Below, piece after piece: positions 56,001-64,000 of a DNA stretch of 64,000 bases. The notes beneath the pieces were generated by a model. The model was not told the DNA's origin and did not search any database. It worked only from the letters and a program-made list of their open reading frames with translations. The translations under genes were made by a program, and so were the position numbers. Numbering within the stretch: the first letter of the stretch is position 1; each line of letters begins with the position of its first letter. Location of the stretch: positions 24,068,954-24,132,953 of the forward strand of contig CP154954.1 of NCBI GenBank assembly GCA_039621445.1, in the 5' to 3' direction. The DNA comes from Euglena gracilis. Lineage: Eukaryota.

Positions 56001-57532
56001 TCCAGCACCCCCCCCCCCCCCCGGGTCCTTGAGAAAATCCGGGCCCCCGCCTCCCCCCTGCGGTCGCTAAGGAATGGTATGGTCCTGACCCCCCCCCCCC
56101 TGGGTCCTAAAAAAAACTTCTGCGGGAGAGGGGGATTTGCTTGGCCTGGTTTTGTGGGGGGTGCAAGACGCTGCAATGTTCCAAGGGTGTGACATTTTGA
56201 TCCAGGGGGTGTGTCAGCAACACATTTCGAAAAATGCATCTAATTTTCATTCCAATTGGCGGAATGTGCAGCTGACATGGACCTTGGACCAATGGGGGGG
56301 AGAAGCAATTCCCCCCATCCAAGGTGCATTATGTCGTTGAACACACTCCTCATCCCATGGCATTTTTTCTGAATTACTGTGATTTTGGGACCACTTCATT
56401 GTCGACACCCTTTGGTCAGGGGGGGATTTCATCCTAAACCCCCTTTTTGTTGAGGTGTGTTGGCATATGCTGCCCTGGCGTTTGCCCGGAAGGGCTGAAC
56501 TGCTTGCTGCACGCCATTGTTGTTTGGGGATTGACCTGTCAGCTTCAACCAAGTGTTCGGACGAACTCCGGAAACTGCGCAGGTGGTCTGTGGATGACAT
56601 GAAAGTACCTCAGAAAAAGTAAGGTTTTTCATTTATGTTTTTTTTGCAGGCTTTTGTTTTATTTGCTGGACGCAGAAAAAAGCTATAAAAAGGGACTAGC
56701 TAGATCCCTTCCCAGGGCCTGACTGCAAAAGAAAAACTTCCTTCGGTGCTGTGTGCCAAGGTGGAAATGAGGGTTTAAAAGCGAGCCCCCACCATTGCTC
56801 AGCGAGCCTGGGGGGGAGCAGGGGGGGGGTCACTTTTCACTCTGAAAAAACCAGTCAGTCACTTTTTCCCATAAAAGCCAGTCAGTCATTTTACCCCCCC
56901 CCCCCCCGGAGGGGATCGGCCACTCTGGAATGATGAGGAGGCAATGAACATTTGCCAAAAAGTCTCAAAAAATCCAAAAAAATTCCGGCGCCGGCTCAAA
57001 GCGCCGGGCCGAAAATCAGTTGCCGCTGTTCCCCAAAATTGTTCAGGTGGGGTGGAGGTCCCCCCCCCCCCCACCTTCTGGACTGGAGGGGTCCAGACCC
57101 CCCACCTGCCCTTATATCGAAGCCTCGTCCCGACCCCCCTTGACTTTTGGGGTGGAACCCCTTCCTTCCCAAAAACAACAGCAATAAAAATCCCCTTTTC
57201 TTCACTTTTGAGCATATTCGACTTTGATGTTTTGGTGTTTTCCAATAAAATGAGTTGAAAATATTCAAAAAATGAGCATTTTGGCTAATTTTCGAAAAAT
57301 CAGGGATTTTCCAACAATTTGGTCTGGCATTCAGGCTTTTGCCGGTCCATAAGTCCGAAAATTTTCCCGGCCCCCCTTCAGTTTCAAGGTAGGAGCCCCC
57401 CCCCCCCCAAGGTTTCCCATGCATCCCTGCACCCGGGGGTGTTAAAAGGAAGCCTGACCCCGGCCCCGGGGGGGGGGGGGGGTCTAGCTGCTCCATTTTT
57501 TTTCGGTGTCTAGCAAAATCGGACCTCTGGGG

Positions 57533-57928
57533 CAGGGTTTGATATAAGGAGGGCGTACATGGTTTAGGTGGGGGGGGTGTCCCCCTCCCCCCCCCCCCCC
57601 CCTCCTGGCCCGCAGGGGGGTCCGGACGACCCCCCCCCCCACCTGCCAGGGGGGTCCGGACCGACCCTGGGGGGGTTCCCGGGACCCCCCCCCAAAAAGG
57701 GTCAATTTTTTCCTCTGGCGCTTCGCGCCGAAATTTTTTTGCATTTTTTGCACATTTTTGCCCAAAAAGTGCCCAAAATGGCACTTTTGGTCGTTTTGGG
57801 GGGTCAAAAATTTTCGGCCCGGCGCTTTGCGCCGGGCTGAAATTCGGTCACCCAGACCGCGCCACTGTTCAGGTGGGGGGGGGGGTCCGGACCACCCCCC
57901 CCCCCACCTGTCTTTATATCGAACCCTG
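57533..57928. mobile_element. hAT-like MITE (396 bp); related pieces at ~43720-43945, ~56950-57125 and ~62480-62795
   Basis: Perfect 8-bp TSD CTCTGGGG (57525-57532 / 57929-57936); TIR cagggtttgatataa / ttatatcgaaccctg. Confidence 0.85.
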
Positions 57929-58728
57929 CTCTGGGGTCTTTCAGCAACAGCCTGTTTACAAGACCCCTGACCAGGAGTGTGGGTTTAAGAAATTTAAAGT
58001 GCCGACCATTTTCAAAAAAAAAAAAAGGAAATGGCCCAGGAATATGAGCAGGGGGAGGAAAATGCAGATTTGTAGAATTTGCATCTTGTTGCAAAATGTT
58101 GGTAATCGGCATTCTTTTGGAGAATAAAATATTATTTTTTGTATTTTTTGCAAAGTTCGAATGACTTGGGCTATTCATCCAAGTTCAGGGCTGGGAGGTT
58201 ATTGCTCGGAAAAAGTTTTTTGGGTATTTGAGGGCAAAAAATCGCATTGTATTTGTCTTTAACAGATTGGATAAAATGTCGAAACTTTTCTTCCGGCACT
58301 GAAAATACCCCCCCCCTCATTTTCAAGTATGTTGCCAATTTTATGATGTTTGGGTATTTTCCACAAAAACAAACGCAAATACACAAATTCACTTTTTTTC
58401 AGTGCCCAACTCTGGAAAGCCAAAAACCTTGTCCATGAAGGTCAGAAACTTGTCCAAGAATCCTTTCTTTTGGAGTTGTTATGGCCAGGGGGGGGTTGTA
58501 TTCTGATTTCCCAGTTTGTCAAAAAGTTTAAGTCTGCACCTTTTGGCGCGTCATTTTGATTTATTTTTATTCATATTTGTTTTGTTTTGTTTTTTTTGTA
58601 TATTTTGAAAAAGTATGCAAGAAACTCTTTTGCATCTTTTTTAAAGAGGGAAACAAACAAAACCCAGAGTTTAAGAAAGCGTCAATAATGATGAAAAAGG
58701 AGGCTGTTATTTCATGTCCTGTCCAACC

Positions 58729-59013
58729 CAGGCTGTGCCGACCCCACCCCGGGGGGGGGGGTGCCTGCCTGGGCAGGCACTCCAAGGCACTCCTGATCCG
58801 ACCCCCCCCCCGGGGGGCACACGGCCAAAAGTGCCCCAGCACAGACCCCGGCGCCTTTGGCGCCGGGGAGCCAAAAAAATGGCCTATTTTCAAAGGAATA
58901 TGCCTGGGCACAGGCCGAAATCTGACCACGGGGGGGGGGGGTAGTGCCTGCCTGGGCGGGCACCCCAAGGCACTCCGGACTCCCCCCCCCGGGGTTGGTA
59001 AAAAAACAGCCTG
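58729..59013. mobile_element. hAT-like MITE (285 bp)
   Basis: TIR caggctgt / acagcctg; 8-bp TSD gtccaacc / gtccgacc (1 mismatch). Confidence 0.65.
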
Positions 59014-60558
59014 GTCCGACCTGGTGGGGGCATTTCTCAAGGGGCCCCCTTTGTAGGGTCGATATTAGAAGGATGTGCGGGGTGGAAGAAGGGTATCCCC
59101 CCACCTGCTTTTGCATCGAACCCTGAGGCACCACATAGGGGGTGCACTCAAATAAAGGCCAGCTCAGCCCGGCTTTGTCGAGACAACAGGCTTGGTGAAG
59201 GTTTTTTTTGCCAAAGAGTGGTGTTTCTGAGGGGGTTTCAAGGTTCTCTGAAAATCCCCCTAAGTGTAGGTGCACCAAAATCCAGCTGGGTTGGGGACCC
59301 AACCCAGCTGGATTTGGGTGCACCCCCACCTCCGAGGGTTTGATGTAAGGAGAGTGTGCACGGCGTTCACCCCCCAGGGGAGGGGTGAACATTTGGAATC
59401 CCCACAGGGCAAGAATTTTCCTTCGGACATTCCACGCCGAATTTCTTGCAGCAATTTTCCGAGTGTCTTTTTGCCCCAAAGGTGCCCAATTGCATTTTGG
59501 AAAAGTTGAACCCCGAAGTCCACAAAGTTGCAGGATTCCATTCAGGGCAGATGGGAAGTGGTCCGGCCTGGACGCCCAGCCCTCCCCCAACACCCAGGAA
59601 CCATTTTTGAAGGCGAAACTCTTCAAGGTTTTCTAAGGATTTTTCAGGCACATAATTTTAAGGCGTAATTTTCCAAGTTTGTCTCCTTTATGTTCTTTGT
59701 CAATGCTGGAGTTTTGTTGGAGTTTGGGCTAACGGGAGCGCAGAGACAAGTTTTTTTTGGCCTTGAGACCAGGCCTCTGTTTAAGGGCTCGAAGGGGTCT
59801 AGCTTGTGGGTGGTCTGTTAGGCTTCGAAGCCTGATTGGGACAAATAATTTGGGCTTATGGTGTCTTGGTTTTGGGTGTTTTGGGTGGGTGTGGTCAATT
59901 TATGTGAACTGGTTTCACCATTTCCGAGGACAGTTGGTGTCATGGTGATTGGAGCTGTCACTGCTCGTGAAATACTGTTTGTTGAGGCCAGGCTTCCTCT
60001 TCATCAATCATAAGGCATGGAATATTTCAGTCCATTGTTGCAATTTCAAAAATTGCGTTGCAAAAATCATCACCAAACCGATCTTTTGTGCGCTTTGCAG
60101 AATTCCAATTTGATTTGATTTGTTTTGCAAGTGCATTCCAAAAGTCCAAAACAGAAAGCATTTCATTGGCTTCACGAATAAAGTCAGTGGAGAAATTGAA
60201 ATCTGCAATTTTCCTGCAATTTCCCGCAATTCCGCAATTTTTCCGCATGAATCTGAGATGGAAGATGAAATGAGTTCCGGCATTTCTTGAACGTTTCACA
60301 AGGGAACCCAGGTGCTTTTTTTGTTATTTTGTTGCAAATTTGCCAAAATTTGCCAAAATTCACAAATTTTGAACAATATTGGCAATTTCTGTGCCCTTTT
60401 TAGGATTTTCCCTAATTTTTGCTGGAAATAATTTCGACTTAAATTTTTTTGCATCCTGGACCAGATTTTACCTCAGACCAAAGATTTCGGCAATTTTTTT
60501 TTGCCAATTTTGGATTTTTCACCCAAGAAATTTTGCATTTCCAGATCCATGCATGATC

Positions 60559-61389
60559 CAGGGTTTTTCACCGGTTCGTGCCACGAACAATCACGAACAA
60601 TCACGAACCAGCACGAACTTGAGATTTTGGCAAAATCACGAACAATCACGAACCATCACGAACAATCACGAACCTGATTTTTTTTGGTCACCCTTGCAGA
60701 AATGTCTTCTTCTGAGAATGACGGTGTTGTTCAATCAACCAAACAGAAAAGATAATGGAAGAGAGGTGGAAAAATGACTCCTCAAAAGCGTGCCGCCCAA
60801 GTGTCATACCTATCTTGTTTTTATTTCCCCCCTTTTGGCACGTTTTCCAGTTTGGTGGAGTGATGGAAGTGAGAGGTTTGGAAATGTGGTGCAGTGTTTG
60901 CCATGTTTCAGTGCACTGGGCTGAGAACACACATGCAAAGCAACATATTTCATTGTCAACTCACAAGGACAACCTCTTTCGCAAACCAAAGATTGTGGAA
61001 ACACCTGGTCTGAATTGATGAATGCACCCAAAGGGGCCCAGGCACAGGAAGGGGGGGGGGTCCCGCGGGACCCCCTGTCGAGTTCCGAACTCAACCAGAC
61101 AAGGGGGGAAGGGGGGTTTGGGACCCGAACTCGACTGCCTCCAAACGTGGTGGTATTTTGTTTTTTTCAATACATATTTTTGTATTTTTGCTTTCCCCAT
61201 TAACCTAAATATTTAGATTAAAAGAGACACAAGAAGCCAAAGTACAAGAGGAAACACCAATTTCGCCGAGGAAAACAGAAAACCGGGCGGTTTTTTGGAA
61301 GCACGAACAATCACGAACAATCACGAACAATCACGAAGAATCACGAACTGGATTTCAGGCTTCCTAGCACGAACCGGTGGTAAACCCTG
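60559..61389. mobile_element. CAGGG-terminated TIR element with (cacgaacaat)n subterminal repeats and a zinc-finger coding remnant
   Basis: TIR cagggttt..caccggttcgtgc / gcacgaaccggtg..aaaccctg. Flanking direct repeat catgatc (7 bp; 9 bp if the terminal C/G is assigned to the target). Confidence 0.75.
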
Positions 61390-64000
61390 CATGATCCCAT
61401 AATTGCCCAAATCATGTTTTTGGACCTTTTTGTTGGAAATAATTTGAATAACGGCCCAAAATTTATATCTATGTTGCAAAATGACCAAATTTGTGAATTA
61501 ATTCCCAAATCAGCAATTTCTGCATTTTTCCCTCAGTTCTTCCACAGTTTTTCCTCCGGTGTCGATACCCCCCTTGATAAATCCCTCTCTCCACATATCC
61601 CCCAACCAAAGGACCCCTGGCCTAACCAGGGGCCGGAACCACCACAAGGGGCGTCCAGGGGTCCCTGGTGCCCCCACCAGGGTGCGGGGGTACAATGAGG
61701 ATTTTTGGGCAAAATCCCGGGGGAGGGGTGTTATATGGGGGGGGGCTACCTCCCCCTTAGTTGCACGAAGGCTCCTTGTTTGTTTATGGCCAGTCGCTTA
61801 AAATCGCTTCTGGCCCAGTTTGCTGTGCGGTGAGCAGCCAGCACCACCTACACAACCTCCCCCCATCTCCCCCCTCCATTGTCCAAGACAGGCCACTGTT
61901 CATTGAATGTGCCGTTTTAACAGAGCACATTCCCCATTCGGGGGGGGGGGGGGGTGGATTTTGGGTCCCAGAAAATTTGAAATCCTCGTTTTTTGGTCAC
62001 TTGAGCCTCCAGGGAGCCTCCCCTGATCTCCCAGATTCCCGCCCCTCCCCCCCTGGCACAATGAAACAACTGACAACAAGACGCTTTTGTCCTGCTGTAA
62101 ACGGCAAAAAACGTCTTTGAACCACGCATTACATTGCATGGCGGACTTTGAAAACGACTCCGAACCACGGCATAAATAATTGCCCAATTCAATTGCCCAA
62201 TTCAACACTGTATTTCGCTTCCTCGTAGAAATGATCTGCCACAAAACTGGTTATTGAGCTTATGTTAACCCCCCCCCCCAAATAATACCCCCCCGGGGTA
62301 TTATTTTTTTTTCCCGAAGTCCCGGCCCCAGAGGGGGGGGGTAATATTTGGGGGGGGGGGGGGGGGGTTAGTTAGGGAGCCCCCCAGAGGCCTGCCTTTG
62401 CACCTCCTTAGCATGATTCTGCTTTTGCGTTGAGCTGGTTTTTTCTTCAGATGGAGGGGGGATCAGGCTTTGTTGTCTTCGGGGTGTTGGAAGGTGGGGG
62501 GGTCAGAACCCCCTTCGATCGGTCCGGGGGGGGGGGGGCACCCCCACCTGAACAGTGGCGCGGTCTGGGCGACCAATTTTCGGCCTGGCCAACACACCCA
62601 CCAAAAATGCCATTTTGGTCACTTTTTGGGCAAAATTTTTGTCAAAAATCACAAAAAGAACAAAGCGACGGAAGGAAAAACTTGATCTTTTGGGGGATCC
62701 CAGGAATCCTCTAAAAGTGGGTCTGGAGCCCGGACCCCCCGGAGGGTTACAACCCCCCCACCTAAACCCCATACACCCTCCTTTTATCGAACCCAGGTGG
62801 TTTTGGGGACCCAATTTAGGGGTCAATTATGGGGTCAAAAAAACTGGGTGTGGGGAAGCACAGGCCCTTTGGGGTTGGATACTGTCCCCCATTACAGGGA
62901 GCAAACCTGACCCTCATGCCATTCTGACCAGATGGCGGTGAACATCTTGTGATTTGCTTTCCAAACAACGTTGTCAATTGTTCACCGTTGCTGAACTCTT
63001 TGCGCATTTTCATGCTGAAATATAAAAAAGACCTCTTGAATCGGTTGGGGCAGGATTTTTTATTAACTATGCGTGCATCACCAATTTTTTTTGTGTAATT
63101 TTGTGTGTAACTACAAATGGATCATGTGCTAGCATTTATGAACTGGGTGTGATGGGGCGTGACGGACAAGTTTTGCCATTTTTTGCCATTTTTGGTCATT
63201 TTTATGGTTTTCTCGTAACTCCGTCTGGCCCGAGAAACGGCCATTTTTCGGCCATTTTGGGCCTTTTTGGACCTAAAAATTGCGAAATACCCATTTTTCT
63301 TCGGGAATGAAGCAGAAATTAAGCAAAAATTCCAAGACCTAAAGCTCTTGAAATAGCCCCAGATATGCCCAAACCCAAGTTGAAGGAGAAAGTGCACGAA
63401 AGGGCGGAGGCACCCAGACTCGAACCAGGATTGTCTGCATCAAACGCTAACTATGTGGGGGCAATTTTCTAGCTTGGCGCCAATTTTGCAACACCTCGTG
63501 GGGGGTTTGGTTTAATTTTTTGTGGGGGTTTGGGGGACACAAAAAAAGTTCTTTTTGGGGGGGGGGTTTGGGAGGGCATTTTTATTTTGGGTGGGGGGTC
63601 CCAGAAAATTTGGAATGCTCATTTTTGTTTACCTGGAGCCTCCACAGAGCCTCCCTGGAGGCTGGTTACCTGAGCCTCCCTGGAGCCTCCCTGGAGGCTG
63701 GTTACCTGAGGAGCCTCCCTGGAGCCTTTGTTTGACGTTGAAGGGTTTCATGACCATGTTTAAAAGAAAAATCCTTCCTGTTTCTTTTGAGCTCCATCCA
63801 GAATAATTTCTAAATAAAATTGATCTAATTTTTTTTTTTGCGGTGTCTTTTAACTCTCCCAAATCCTATTTTTTCCCGCTTTTTGAAACCCCAATTTTTT
63901 GGCACCAAATGCCGAATTTTTGTCTATTTCAGATAAACTCAATGGGAATTTGTTTGCGTCACAGTTTTAACCAATTGGAAAATTGCCTGGGTATTCTTCG

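Noticed and set aside
50700-60500. Many 100-300-aa Gly/Pro/Phe/Lys-rich ORFs
   Set aside because: They are products of G/C and A/T homopolymer runs in MITE mosaics, with no domain motifs.

Overview
This is repeat-dense eukaryotic DNA, almost certainly from a euglenid, because its one clear host gene has two euglenid-type non-conventional introns. Bases ~540-38,830 are a reconstructable nest of mobile elements. A CRE-clade non-LTR retrotransposon is split into four in-frame pieces by an 8-bp-TSD hAT-like element, a complete DIRS1-type tyrosine-recombinase element (ITRs plus ICR) and a Ty3/Gypsy element. Two more copies of the same Gypsy family sit inside the DIRS, and a second, 5'-truncated CRE element lies tail-to-tail with the first. 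The Gypsy family has an unusual polyprotein: gag-PR-[Dam-like N6-adenine methyltransferase, NPPF]-RT-RH-IN-chromodomain. All three copies carry the same in-frame TAG inside RT. Bases ~39,600-47,700 hold a 3-exon, 251-aa claudin/amastin-like tetraspan gene. The rest is a mosaic of short TIR elements. Several are CAG...CTG-terminated with 8-bp TSDs, a geometry that the host's non-conventional splicing rule (3 nt + CAG ... CTG + 5 nt) would excise exactly. All calls come from reading the sequence by eye; no searches were run.
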